Assembly (NCBI GenBank): GCA_038040385.1
Contig: JBBPII010000004.1
Span: 147,453 to 211,452, forward strand
Source: Candidatus Gilichinskyi gelida
GTDB taxonomy: Bacteria; Acidobacteriota; Thermoanaerobaculia; Gp7-AA8
Reading direction: 5' to 3'
Length of the DNA: 64,000 nucleotides
A program made the position numbers and the translations under genes. Below, one piece after another: positions 40,923-49,848 of the stretch (position 1 is the stretch's first letter; every line of letters starts with the position of its first letter). A model generated the notes under the pieces. The model ran no database searches, was not told the origin of the DNA, and saw only the letters and a list, made by a program, of their open reading frames with translations.

Positions 40923-41005
40923 GCGTGAGCGAAGGATCTGTGTGGGTGGGCATGCTCTGCGCGCCGCCCGGCCACACCGGTCCCTCGCTCACGCTCGGGA
41001 TGACA
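40912..41005. repeat. REP family A copy (long form) at the GT4-1/GT4-2 junction
   Basis: TGTCATCCTGAGCGTGAGCGAAGGATCTGTGTGGGTGG...CCACACCGGTCCCTCGCTCACGCTCGGGATGACA. Confidence 0.9.
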
Positions 41006-42025
41006 GCAGCATTGAACATCGTCATTGACGGCCGTCCGCTGGTCGGTAACCGCACCGGGATCGGCGTGCACACGGCGGAGATCGCGCGGCGGCTGGCGGT
41101 CGAGCCGCCGCCGCTGATCGCCTCGCACGCGGAGATCGCCGACCGCGGCGGCATCGAGTGCTGCCGCTTCCGCGTCGATCCGATGCCTCTCGGCGTGATG
41201 TGGCAACAACTCGTGCTGCCGCGCATCGCGCGCGACGGCGTGCTGTGGGCGCCGCACGGGACGATGCCGCTGATGCTGCGGACCCCGGCGGTGATCACGC
41301 TGCACGACTTCAGCGCGCTGACCATGCCGCGGCGGCACCGCGTGCAGACCATCCTCTCCTTCGATCTCTTCATCGGACGAAGCATCGATCGAGCGAAACG
41401 CATCGCCGCCGTCTCGCGCGCGGTGGCGGAAGAAGCAGTGCGGTGGTTCGGCGTGGCGCGCGGCTCCATCGAGATCGTGCCGAACGGCGTGGACGACTTC
41501 TTCACCCCCGGCGACGTCGAGGAGGGCGACTACATCCTCTTCGCCGGCACGCTCGAGCCGCGCAAAGGCGTCGACGACTTGCTTGCGGTGTGGTCGTCGC
41601 TGCCGGCACCGCGCCCGCGGCTCGTGCTGTGTGGCGACGCGGGATGGCGCGTGGACATACCGAGCGGAGTCGAAGTGACCGGCTACGTCGATCGCCAACG
41701 GCTGCGCGACCTCTACCGCGGGGCGCGCGCGTTCGTCTATCCGTCGCGCTACGAGGGATTCGGCATCCCGCCGCTGGAGGCGATGGCCTGCGGCGCAGCG
41801 GTCATCGCTACGCGCACCGGGGCGATTCCGGAGTACGCGGACGGCGCGGCGCTGCTCGTCGATCCCGGCGACCGCGACGCGCTGCGCGGCGCGCTCGTCC
41901 GCGCCCTCGGCGACCGCGCACTGCGGAGCGAGCTGCGCGCGCGCGGCGCCGAGCGCGCGGTGGCGTGGCGGTGGGACCGGCCGGCGGCGTTGATGACGGA
42001 GCTGCTGGCCGAGGCGGGGCGATGA
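41000..42025 (+). CDS. GT4-family glycosyltransferase 2
   Basis: Motifs ILFAGTLEPRKG and YPSRYEGFGIPPLEAMACGAAV. I chose ATG 41000 (MTAALNIVIDG...), which lies in the REP terminus GGGATGACA. Confidence 0.8.
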   Translation: MTAALNIVIDGRPLVGNRTGIGVHTAEIARRLAVEPPPLIASHAEIADRGGIECCRFRVDPMPLGVMWQQLVLPRIARDGVLWAPHGTMPLMLRTPAVITLHDFSALTMPRRHRVQTILSFDLFIGRSIDRAKRIAAVSRAVAEEAVRWFGVARGSIEIVPNGVDDFFTPGDVEEGDYILFAGTLEPRKGVDDLLAVWSSLPAPRPRLVLCGDAGWRVDIPSGVEVTGYVDRQRLRDLYRGARAFVYPSRYEGFGIPPLEAMACGAAVIATRTGAIPEYADGAALLVDPGDRDALRGALVRALGDRALRSELRARGAERAVAWRWDRPAALMTELLAEAGR

Positions 42026-43002
42026 GGATCGGCATCGACGCGCGGAAGATCGCCGACTTCGGCATCGGCACCTACATCCGCAATCTCCTCGGCGCGCTCG
42101 TCCATCTCGGCGATGAGTACGTCGCCTTCGCCCCGCCGGGCGTCGCGAAGCTCCTCCCGCGCGGCGTGGAGCATGTGGTGGTCGACGCGCCGCACTACTC
42201 GATCCGCGAGCTGATCGCCGTCGGCCGCGCGGCCGACCGCGCGCGCCTCGACCTTTTCCACGCGCCGCACTACGTCGTCCCGTTCACCAAGGTGCCGCTG
42301 GTGGTGACCGTGCACGACCTCATCCATCTGCGCCACCCCAACCCGCTGGCGCGGCTCTACGCGCGCCGCATGATCGGCCGCGCCGTGCGCAAGGCGCGGC
42401 GCGTGCTGACCGTGAGCGAGACGGTGAAGCGGGAGATCGAGCAGACATTCGGCGCGCGAAAGGTTGTCGTCGCGCCAAACGGTGTCGACCACCTCTCGGC
42501 CAACAGCCAACGGTCAACGGCCAACTATTTCCTGTACGTCGGCAACGACAAGCCGCACAAAAACGCCGGCTTGGTCGTCGACGCGGCCGCGCGCATCGGC
42601 GCGCCGCTGGTGCTGGCCGGCGCGCCGTTCGAGCGTTTCCGCGGGCGCGCGCGGCTCGCGGGATTCGTCAGCGACGAGGAGCTCGCGGCGCTCTATCGCG
42701 GGGCGATCGCGCTGGTGATGCCGTCGCGCGAAGAGGGCTTCGGACTCCCGGCGCTGGAGGCGATGCGCTGCGGAACGGCGGTGATCACGTCGACCGCGCC
42801 GGCGCTGGTGGAGGTCACCGGCGACGCCGCGCTGCACGTCGCGCCGTCCGTCGACGCGCTCGCCGACGCCATGTCGCGGATGACGAACGACGCTGCGTTT
42901 CGCGCGTCGATGATCGCCCGCGGAGAGGCGCGATCGCGCGACTTCACGTGGAAACGCTGCGCGCGAATCGTGCGCGATGCATATTTCGAATTACCATATT
43001 GA
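42022..43002 (+). CDS. GT4-family glycosyltransferase 3
   Basis: An ATGA overlap couples it to GT4-2. Motifs FLYVGNDKPHKN and MPSREEGFGLPALEAMRCGTAV. Confidence 0.85.
   Translation: MRIGIDARKIADFGIGTYIRNLLGALVHLGDEYVAFAPPGVAKLLPRGVEHVVVDAPHYSIRELIAVGRAADRARLDLFHAPHYVVPFTKVPLVVTVHDLIHLRHPNPLARLYARRMIGRAVRKARRVLTVSETVKREIEQTFGARKVVVAPNGVDHLSANSQRSTANYFLYVGNDKPHKNAGLVVDAAARIGAPLVLAGAPFERFRGRARLAGFVSDEELAALYRGAIALVMPSREEGFGLPALEAMRCGTAVITSTAPALVEVTGDAALHVAPSVDALADAMSRMTNDAAFRASMIARGEARSRDFTWKRCARIVRDAYFELPY
42499..42526. repeat. 4 x 7-nt tandem repeat inside GT4-3
   Basis: GCCAACA GCCAACG GTCAACG GCCAACT, encoding SANSQRSTAN in the variable loop. Confidence 0.85.
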
Positions 43003-43013
43003 TAAACAAATGC

Positions 43014-43042
43014 TTGACAATATCGTTTAACGCTCGCATATT
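43014..43042 (+). promoter_or_regulatory. candidate sigma70-type promoter
   Basis: TTGACA (43014-43019), a 17-nt spacer, then CATATT (43037-43042), in an unusually AT-rich intergenic region. Confidence 0.4.
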
Positions 43043-43171
43043 TAGTCAAGTTAATCATCATGATCAACGTGACCTCTCATTTCGCAATCAAGTTAGCCGG
43101 CGCGAGCCGGCGCGAGATGCCAAGAATGCGCGACCGGGAGGTCCCGTACGGCATGAAAGGTGGTGAATCGA

Positions 43172-43234
43172 ATGGCCGCTAAGAAGAAACCCGCGAAGAA
43201 GGCAGCGAAGAAGGCAGCGAAGAAGAAGAAATAA
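43172..43234 (+). CDS. 20-aa lysine/alanine-rich micro-ORF (MAAKKKPAKKAAKKAAKKKK)
   Basis: AAAGGTGGTG RBS lies 7-8 nt upstream of the ATG. The ORF sits between the candidate promoter and a strong intrinsic terminator. Confidence 0.45.
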   Translation: MAAKKKPAKKAAKKAAKKKK

Positions 43235-43263
43235 CGTCAGCTAATCGACTTTGGGGAGTCGTA

Positions 43264-43293
43264 CGAGGGGCCTTCGGGCCCCTCGGTGTTTTT
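43264..43293 (+). terminator. Rho-independent terminator
   Basis: CGAGGGGCC-TTCG-GGCCCCTCG (9-bp GC stem) followed by GTGTTTTT. Confidence 0.8.
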
Positions 43294-43331
43294 GGCCCGC
43301 CGATAACTTTTCCCCCGCCCGCTCGTTCATC

Positions 43332-44024
43332 ATGGCGGAGGACCTCATGCCCATCCGTCTCGCCGTTGCCGCCGCCCTCGCCCTCGCCCTCGCCGCCTTC
43401 AGCGCCGCCGCCGACGACGAGGTCACCCATTCGTTCGCCTCCTCGGTGCCGCGCGGGCAGATCCGCCGTCTGGTCATCGACATCCCCGCCGGCGAGGTGA
43501 AGCTCCGCAACGGCGCCGCCGGCACCATCGCCCTCAGCGGCGAGATCCGCCGAGGCTTCGACGGCTGGCGCGAGCGGCCGAAGGAACAGCGCATCGCCGA
43601 CGACATCAGCGCCGAGATCTACGTCAACGGCGACGAGGCCGTCGTCCGCCGCCGCTACGGCCCCAACGCCGGCAGTTGGAGCGCGCGCAGCTTCCACAGC
43701 GGCTTCGACGTGCGGGTCGAAGTGCCGCCCGGCGTCGACGTGACCATCGAGACCCGCTATGGCGAGGTCGACATCGACGGCAGTTTCGGCAACGTGCTGT
43801 GCGACCTCCGCGCCGGCGAGATTCACGTGCGCACGCCGCGCGCGAACGTCCGCGATCTCAGCGCCTCGGTGCGCGTCGGAGAAGCCCACGCCGACCTCGG
43901 CGACCATTCGATCCAGAAGGAAGGCCTCTTCGCCGGCGGCATCGAGTGGAGCAACGCCGCCGGAAAGTCCGACATGCGCGTGCACACCACGTTCGGCGAG
44001 GTGCATGTCACGTTGACGCGGTGA
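43332..44024 (+). CDS. DUF4097-like beta-repeat (putative adhesin-like) exported protein
   Basis: The signal-like N-terminus is LAVAAALALALAAFSAAA. Repeated strands are present (YGEVDIDGSFGNV, AGEIHVRTP, VGEAHADLG, FGEVHVTL). Confidence 0.6.
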   Translation: MAEDLMPIRLAVAAALALALAAFSAAADDEVTHSFASSVPRGQIRRLVIDIPAGEVKLRNGAAGTIALSGEIRRGFDGWRERPKEQRIADDISAEIYVNGDEAVVRRRYGPNAGSWSARSFHSGFDVRVEVPPGVDVTIETRYGEVDIDGSFGNVLCDLRAGEIHVRTPRANVRDLSASVRVGEAHADLGDHSIQKEGLFAGGIEWSNAAGKSDMRVHTTFGEVHVTLTR

Positions 44025-44031
44025 CGTGGCC

Positions 44032-44108
44032 CGTCATCCTGAGCGCAGCGAAGGATCTCCGACTGCGTCGGCTGAGATCCTTCGCCGTCTGCGCGGCTCA
44101 GGATGACG
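44032..44108. repeat. REP family A copy (variant)
   Basis: CGTCATCCTGAGCGCAGCGAAGGATCTCC...GAGATCCTTCGCCGTCTGCGCGGCTCAGGATGACG. It contains the lgt stop codon. Confidence 0.85.
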
Positions 44109-45030
44109 GAATCGGCGGATACATCCGCGAGTGCCGCAGTCCCGGGTGCCGCTTCCCGTAGCGCTCCGGCACGTCCTGCGTCCAGTCGCTCGGCATCAGA
44201 AGGCAGAAGAGGAGCAACAGCGCGAGCGCGATGCGCCGCGTCCAGAGGGCGCGCGCCACGCCGGGCCGCTCAGCCGGCGCGGGCCGGCGGCTGAGATACG
44301 ACCAGACGATGATCAGCAGGCCGGCGACGGACATCGCCACGTTGAGCCCTTGTCCCGTGGCCAAGCCGAAGAGCGTCGTCGGGTACTCGCGGAAGACGTC
44401 GACGAAGATCCGCAGGAACGCGTACCAGAAGAAGAAGTGGCCGACCATCGCACCGCGCGGCGGGTTGCGCCGGCGGATGTAGAGGAGCAGCGGCACCATC
44501 AGGATGTTCTTCAAGCCGTCGTAGAGCACGACGGGATGGCGGAAGCCGTCGGCGTCGGGGAACTTCACGGCCCACGGCACATCGGTCACGCTGCCGACGA
44601 TCTGCCCGTCGATGAAGTTGCCGATGCGGCCGATGCCCATCAGCAGCGCGCCGGGGATGGTCAACGCGTCGGCGATGCGAAGAAAGTCGCGGCCGCGCAG
44701 GCGGCAGAAGAGCGCCGCGCCGGCCGCCGCGCCGAGGAGCAGGCCGTGCGTCGACATCCCGCCGAGCCAGATCGCAGGGATCTGCGCCAGGTGCGCGCGG
44801 TAGTACGGCCACTCGTAGAAGACGACTTCCACCGCACGCCCGCCAAGCAGCACGCAGGCGACGAGGCAGAGGGTGAGGTCGTAAACGTCGCTGATGGTGA
44901 GGCCGAGGCGGGGGCGCTCGTGCCGCAGCCAAAGGAACATCTCGGTGAAGCCGGCGGTGTACGAGAAGCCGTACCACCAGAAGTACACGACACCGAGGTC
45001 GAGGAGGACGGGGTCAATGCGATGAATCAC
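44098..45030 (-). CDS. lgt: prolipoprotein diacylglyceryl transferase
   Basis: Motifs YFWWYGFSY, GRIGNFIDGQIVG, HPVVLYDGL. The proposed GTG start at 45030 overlaps the cca 3' end by 17 nt. The N-terminal part of the track ORF (to 45411) overlaps cca and is rejected. Confidence 0.8.
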   Translation of the reverse strand: MIHRIDPVLLDLGVVYFWWYGFSYTAGFTEMFLWLRHERPRLGLTISDVYDLTLCLVACVLLGGRAVEVVFYEWPYYRAHLAQIPAIWLGGMSTHGLLLGAAAGAALFCRLRGRDFLRIADALTIPGALLMGIGRIGNFIDGQIVGSVTDVPWAVKFPDADGFRHPVVLYDGLKNILMVPLLLYIRRRNPPRGAMVGHFFFWYAFLRIFVDVFREYPTTLFGLATGQGLNVAMSVAGLLIIVWSYLSRRPAPAERPGVARALWTRRIALALLLLFCLLMPSDWTQDVPERYGKRHPGLRHSRMYPPIPSS

Positions 45031-46024
45031 GAACGAATGCCTCCGCTTCTTCCCGCGTCGCGACCTCGCCGCGGATCTGCGCCTCGAGCAGGGCGCGCTT
45101 GATCTCGCCGAGGCGCGGGCCGGTCGGGAGGCCGGTGAGCGCGGCGATCGCGTCGCCGTCGAGCAGCGCGCGGATGGAGAAGTCGGGCACGTCGAGCCGG
45201 TCATCGCGGGCGAGGGCCCGCAGCAGCGGCGGAAGCTGCGACGCGACGCGCTCGCCGGCGTCGTAGAGGGCGATGCGGTCGTGACGGTCGACGAGATGCT
45301 GGAGCGCGGCGATGTCGCGGGCGATCGGGCCGGGAGGCACGCGCCGCAGCAGGGCGTACGCCGCGGCAAGTGACACATCATCCGCATGAAAGCGCGACGC
45401 GTAGAGATCAATGCCGAACAGCGGCACGTCGAGCGCGGTGGCGTGCAGCAGCTCGACCGCGCGGCGGAACACGCCGGCGGAGAAGATGACCGACAGCTCG
45501 TATTCGGTGCGCTCGCGCGCGACGCTGTTGATCTTCGCCGCGCGAGCGCGGACGGCGTCGGCCGTCGCCGCGTCGATCTCGAATCCGAGCGTGACCGCGA
45601 AGCGCACGGCGCGAAGCAGTCGCAGCGGATCGTCGTCGAAGTTTTTCGCGTCGATCATCCGGACGACGCGCGCCGCGACGTCCGTCGCGCCGCCGAACGG
45701 GTCGCGCAACTCCCCCGTCGCCAGCTCGACGGCGATAGCGTTGATGGTGAAGTCGCGCCGGCCGAGCGGCGACAGCTCCGAGAAGTCGTAAATCCGGTCG
45801 CCTTCCACGACGCGCCAGGCGATCAGCTCGTCGCGGCCGAGCTGGATGACCTTGCGTCCCAGGCTCTGCGCGACGGCGAGCGGGTCGTCGCATTCGATGT
45901 CGACGTCGTTCGGAGTGCGGTCGAGGAGGAGGTCGCGGATGGCGCCGCCGACCGCCAGGCGCGCGCCGGGCGGGAGATCGCGCAGCCGCGGGAAGAGTCG
46001 CAGAAGGGCGTCACGCAACTGCAT
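45014..46024 (-). CDS. cca: tRNA nucleotidyltransferase / poly(A) polymerase family (CCA-adding enzyme-like)
   Basis: The motif [18 protein letters not shown], then [11 protein letters not shown] and RAVRFA. Confidence 0.8.
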   Translation of the reverse strand: MQLRDALLRLFPRLRDLPPGARLAVGGAIRDLLLDRTPNDVDIECDDPLAVAQSLGRKVIQLGRDELIAWRVVEGDRIYDFSELSPLGRRDFTINAIAVELATGELRDPFGGATDVAARVVRMIDAKNFDDDPLRLLRAVRFAVTLGFEIDAATADAVRARAAKINSVARERTEYELSVIFSAGVFRRAVELLHATALDVPLFGIDLYASRFHADDVSLAAAYALLRRVPPGPIARDIAALQHLVDRHDRIALYDAGERVASQLPPLLRALARDDRLDVPDFSIRALLDGDAIAALTGLPTGPRLGEIKRALLEAQIRGEVATREEAEAFVRDSSH

Positions 46025-46739
46025 TGCGGAGGACGCCGATCCGCTCGATCTCCACTTCGACCACGTCGCCCGCGGCGAGCGGCCCCACGCCAGCCGGCGT
46101 GCCGGTGAGGATGACGTCGCCCGGCAGGAGCGTCATCACCGAGGAGATGTAGGCGATGAGGAACGCGCAGTCGAAGACCATCATCGACGTCCGGCCGTCC
46201 TGCCTCGTCTCGCCGTTGACGCGCGTGGTGAGCCGCAAATCGTTCGGGTTGGCGTCGGTCTCGATGCATGGGCCGAGCGGCAGGAAGGTATCGAAGCTCT
46301 TCGCCCGGGTGAACTGCACATCCTTTTTCTGCAGGTCGCGCGCGGTGACGTCGTTGGCGCAGGTGTAGCCGAGGATCGTGCCGCCCTCGCCGATGACCAC
46401 GGCCAGCTCGCCTTCGTAGTCGACGCGCTGCGATTGCGGCGGCCGCACGATGGTGCCGTTCGGCGGCAGCAGCGCGCTGGGCGGCTTCAAGAAAAGAATC
46501 GGCTCCGCGGGCGCCTCGTTGCCGAGCTCCTTGGCGTGGTCGGCGTAATTGCGGCCGACGGCGACGATCTTCGACGGCTCCACCGGCGGCAGCAGTTGCA
46601 TGCTGGCGATGAGGTGCGGCGGCTCGTCGGCGCGCGCGCCGAGGTGGAGGGCGTCGGTGCCGTCGTGGCGGAATAGGTGCGGGCCGTCGCCAACAGCGAT
46701 CGCGGAGCGGCCGTTGTGGAGGAAGCGGTAGATTTTCAT
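46011..46739 (-). CDS. fumarylacetoacetate hydrolase (FAH) family protein
   Basis: Pattern typical of the FAH fold: NYADHAKE ... EGELAVVIG ... DVTARDLQ ... [13 protein letters not shown]. Confidence 0.8.
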   Translation of the reverse strand: MKIYRFLHNGRSAIAVGDGPHLFRHDGTDALHLGARADEPPHLIASMQLLPPVEPSKIVAVGRNYADHAKELGNEAPAEPILFLKPPSALLPPNGTIVRPPQSQRVDYEGELAVVIGEGGTILGYTCANDVTARDLQKKDVQFTRAKSFDTFLPLGPCIETDANPNDLRLTTRVNGETRQDGRTSMMVFDCAFLIAYISSVMTLLPGDVILTGTPAGVGPLAAGDVVEVEIERIGVLRNAVA

Positions 46740-46752
46740 GGCGTTGCGCTCG

Positions 46753-46830
46753 TGTCATCCCGAGCCGCGAAGACGGCGAGGGATCTCGTGGCACAGGCGC
46801 GGGGGATCCCTCGCTTCGCTCGGGATGACA
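46753..46830. repeat. REP family A copy (short form), intergenic
   Basis: Nearly identical to 40316-40394. Confidence 0.9.
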
Positions 46831-46833
46831 CGC

Positions 46834-48393
46834 TCACACCAGTGCCGGTTTCTGATCGTAGATCAACCACAGCCCGCTGAAGCCGCGCAGGAGGCGGAAG
46901 CGCGAGCGGTAGAGCTGATGGAGGATTCGCGCGTTGGTGTAGTACACCGCCTCGTGCAGCAGCGTGTTGAAGTCCTCGTCGAGCTCTTTGGCGCAGTCGA
47001 GGCTCCCTTTCGCCTTGGTCAGCAGCTCGCTCTCCGCGGTCACGCCGGCGGCGCGCGACGCGGCGAGGATCGTCGCCTCCTCGTCGATCTTCATCCGGAG
47101 CGCCGCGGCGCGCAGGTAGAGCACCCACAGCTCTTCGGTGTCGTCCTCCGCCTCCGAGGGGCGGCGGTCGAACACTTTCTGGTACGCGGCGATCTCCCAC
47201 GGCTCGAGGCGCAGCTCGCGCGGTGCGGGCATCTGCGCCGCCTCCTCCGGCATCAGCAGCACGTCGATGGGGTCGACCACGCCGGCGATGCGCATGAGGT
47301 ACGGCTGCAGCAGGTCGTTCCCGAACCGGCCGGCGATCCGGTCCGCCTGTTCGGTCACGGTGAAGAAGGCGGGCGGGAGGTCGGCGGTGGTGTCGAGCTC
47401 GTCGAAGCCGAGGCCGCGGTCGAGCTGGGAAAGGATGTTGGTCATGCTCTGCTTGAGCTGGGTGATGGTGTCGTGCTTCACGTTGGAAGTGGCGCGGGAG
47501 CGGTCGTACTGCTCCTTCGCGCTGCGGAAGCGAGCGATTTCCTGCAGCAGCTCGGGATTGGTGTCGCCGAAGTTGCGCTCGATGGCCGCACCGTGCTCGA
47601 GCAGCTTCTGCGAGTCCTCCACGATGCGCTTCTCGTCTTCGTGGTAGAGGCGGAGGAACTTGTTCTTGGTGGCCACGTTCAGCTCCACGATGGCCAGGAG
47701 GATGTCGGGGTTGAAGTAGAAGTCGCCGAGGCGGTGCTTGAACTGCCGGGCGTTCTTGAGCAGGTTTCGGTCGGTCAGCTCTTCGAAGTGCTCGGCGGCC
47801 TGGATCTGGTCGCGCAGCGCGCGGATGGCGAGGATGAGCCGCACCACTTCGTCCTGCGGCGCCTCGCTCACGCGCAGCAGCGACACCAGAGCGATGATCC
47901 GCTCGCGGAACTCGAGCGACTCGCGCGACCAGTACTCGCCGCGGTCGGCCATGAAGTCCTCGCCGATGCGGGTGAAGAGGAAGTCGAGCTTGTCGCGGCG
48001 GTCGCCCTCGGCCGCGTCGGCGTAGAGGTAGAACTTGATGAGGTTCTGGACGATGGTCTCGTCCTGCTTCTTCAGCTTCTCGAAGAAGCGGCGGAGGATG
48101 GAGGTGGTGATCTGTTCGTCGACGCGCAGCAGCGGGGCGGAGGCGCGCTCCAGCGCCAGATCGCAGAGGTCGATGCTCGCCGCGGCATCGCGGGCCTGCG
48201 CCGCGTTGAGCATGGTGCTGACCGCTTTGATGCGGTCGTAGGTCGCCTGGAAGTCGACGGTGTACGGCAGCGGCGCGCTCAGAAAGTTTTTGAAAACCGC
48301 CGAGGCGAACTGGTGATACGTCCAGACCGACTTGAACCGATCGGTCAGGCGCACGTACCGGCCGTGAAGGACACCGATCTCCGCAACAGACAT
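46834..48393 (-). CDS. conserved-looking helical hypothetical protein (519 aa)
   Basis: Long ORF with normal composition and codon bias. I recognise no motif. Confidence 0.6.
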   Translation of the reverse strand: MSVAEIGVLHGRYVRLTDRFKSVWTYHQFASAVFKNFLSAPLPYTVDFQATYDRIKAVSTMLNAAQARDAAASIDLCDLALERASAPLLRVDEQITTSILRRFFEKLKKQDETIVQNLIKFYLYADAAEGDRRDKLDFLFTRIGEDFMADRGEYWSRESLEFRERIIALVSLLRVSEAPQDEVVRLILAIRALRDQIQAAEHFEELTDRNLLKNARQFKHRLGDFYFNPDILLAIVELNVATKNKFLRLYHEDEKRIVEDSQKLLEHGAAIERNFGDTNPELLQEIARFRSAKEQYDRSRATSNVKHDTITQLKQSMTNILSQLDRGLGFDELDTTADLPPAFFTVTEQADRIAGRFGNDLLQPYLMRIAGVVDPIDVLLMPEEAAQMPAPRELRLEPWEIAAYQKVFDRRPSEAEDDTEELWVLYLRAAALRMKIDEEATILAASRAAGVTAESELLTKAKGSLDCAKELDEDFNTLLHEAVYYTNARILHQLYRSRFRLLRGFSGLWLIYDQKPALV

Positions 48394-48436
48394 ACGTCAC
48401 GATTCCAGTCGGAACGAGGCTAGAATTCTACGCCGC

Positions 48437-48952
48437 ATGCCGCAGACGACGTTAATCAGCAAGTCACAAATCGACCAGCGCGTTGCCGAGATGGGGCGGC
48501 AGATCACCGCCGACTTCGCCGGCTCGGAGCTCATCGCCTGTTGCGTCCTCAAAGGGGCGATGTTCTTCTGCAGCGATCTGATGCGCCGCATCGCCTGCGA
48601 CGTGGCCCTCGATTTCATCCAGGTCTCGTCGTACGGGAACGAGAAGTACTCCTCGGGCGTGGTGACCATCCTCAAGGAGCCGCAGCTCGACATGCACGGC
48701 AAGGCGGTGCTAATCGTCGAAGACATCATCGACAGCGGCCTGTCCATGCGCGAAGTGTTCCGCTACATCGAGAGCCGCGGTGCGTCGACGGTGAAAACGG
48801 CGACGTTCCTCGACAAGGCCTCGGCGCGGAAGGTGGAGTTCAAGGCAGACTACGTCGGCTTCACCATCGACCCGCACTTCGTCATCGGCTACGGGCTGGA
48901 TTACGCGGAGAAGTACCGGAACCTTCCGGACATCCAGGTCCTCTCGGACTAG
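48437..48952 (+). CDS. hpt: hypoxanthine phosphoribosyltransferase
   Basis: The PRPP-binding motif LIVEDIIDSGLS and a family-typical length (171 aa). Confidence 0.9.
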   Translation: MPQTTLISKSQIDQRVAEMGRQITADFAGSELIACCVLKGAMFFCSDLMRRIACDVALDFIQVSSYGNEKYSSGVVTILKEPQLDMHGKAVLIVEDIIDSGLSMREVFRYIESRGASTVKTATFLDKASARKVEFKADYVGFTIDPHFVIGYGLDYAEKYRNLPDIQVLSD

Positions 48953-49770
48953 ATCATGTGCCCCGCCAGCAGCACGATCATCACCGCGCCGAGCAGGAAG
49001 CGGTAGTAGATGAAGACGTGCGTGGTGTGCGTGCGCAGGTAGCGCAGCAGGAACCAGATCGAGGCGTAGCCGGAGACGAAGGCCACGGCGATGGCCAAGA
49101 GGATCGGCGTCCATCCCAGCGTGGCCAGGTGATGCCGCTCGTGGAAGAGCTCGAGCAGACCGGCGCCGCCCACCGCGGGGATGCTGAGCAGAAACGAGAA
49201 GCGGGCGGCGGTGGGGCGTTCGACACCGCGAAAGAGAGCGGCCATGATGGTCGAGCCGCTGCGCGACGCGCCGGGGACCAGCGCCAGGCACTGCCCCAGT
49301 CCGATGGCTAGCGCATCCTTCACATCGATCTGCGCAAAGTCCTTGAGCTGCCGCCGCCTGGCATACGCCTCGGCCAGCAGCATCAGGACGGCCACGATGA
49401 TCACCATCGCCGTGACGATCCAAAGCCCGCGGAACGTCGTCTCGATGTGCTTCTTCAACACCAGCCCGAGGATGACGATGGGGATGGTCCCGATGATCAC
49501 CAGCCATGCCTCGCGGGAGTCGACGTCGGCGAACGGCCGGCGGGTGAACAGACCGCGCACGAAACCGACGGCGAGGCGGACGACGTCGCGGAAGAAGTAG
49601 ATGACCGCCGCCAGCCACGTTCCGAACTGAATCACCGCCGATGCCGCCGCCCCCGGATCGCCCCAGCCGAGGAGCATGGGGACGATTTCGAGGTGGGCGG
49701 TGGAGGAGATGGGGATGAACTCGGTCAGGCCCTGGACGAGGCCGAGGACGATGGCTTGGAGGATCGACAT
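48949..49770 (-). CDS. uppP: undecaprenyl-diphosphate phosphatase
   Basis: The motif LGLVQGLTEFIPISSTAHL and the later PGASRSG motif. Confidence 0.9.
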   Translation of the reverse strand: MSILQAIVLGLVQGLTEFIPISSTAHLEIVPMLLGWGDPGAAASAVIQFGTWLAAVIYFFRDVVRLAVGFVRGLFTRRPFADVDSREAWLVIIGTIPIVILGLVLKKHIETTFRGLWIVTAMVIIVAVLMLLAEAYARRRQLKDFAQIDVKDALAIGLGQCLALVPGASRSGSTIMAALFRGVERPTAARFSFLLSIPAVGGAGLLELFHERHHLATLGWTPILLAIAVAFVSGYASIWFLLRYLRTHTTHVFIYYRFLLGAVMIVLLAGHMI

Positions 49771-49772
49771 AT

Positions 49773-49843
49773 GGTCTCGCGGTCTCGGGGTCTCGCGGTC
49801 TCGGGGTGACCTCGCGACGGCGAGACCCCGAGACCGCGCAACC
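49773..49843. repeat. REP family C copy (GGTCTCGCGGTCTCGGGG palindrome)
   Basis: The 19-bp arms CGCGGTCTCGGGGTCTCGC (49778-49796) and GCGAGACCCCGAGACCGCG (49820-49838) lie between the rnj stop and the uppP start. Confidence 0.85.
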
Positions 49844-49848
49844 TCGAA

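Noticed and set aside
43043-43171. Known riboswitch or SRP/6S/tmRNA-like RNA in the AT-rich leader upstream of the micro-ORF
   Set aside because: I could not recognise any conserved core motif of these RNA families. The region is kept only as an unexplained leader in the micro-ORF finding.
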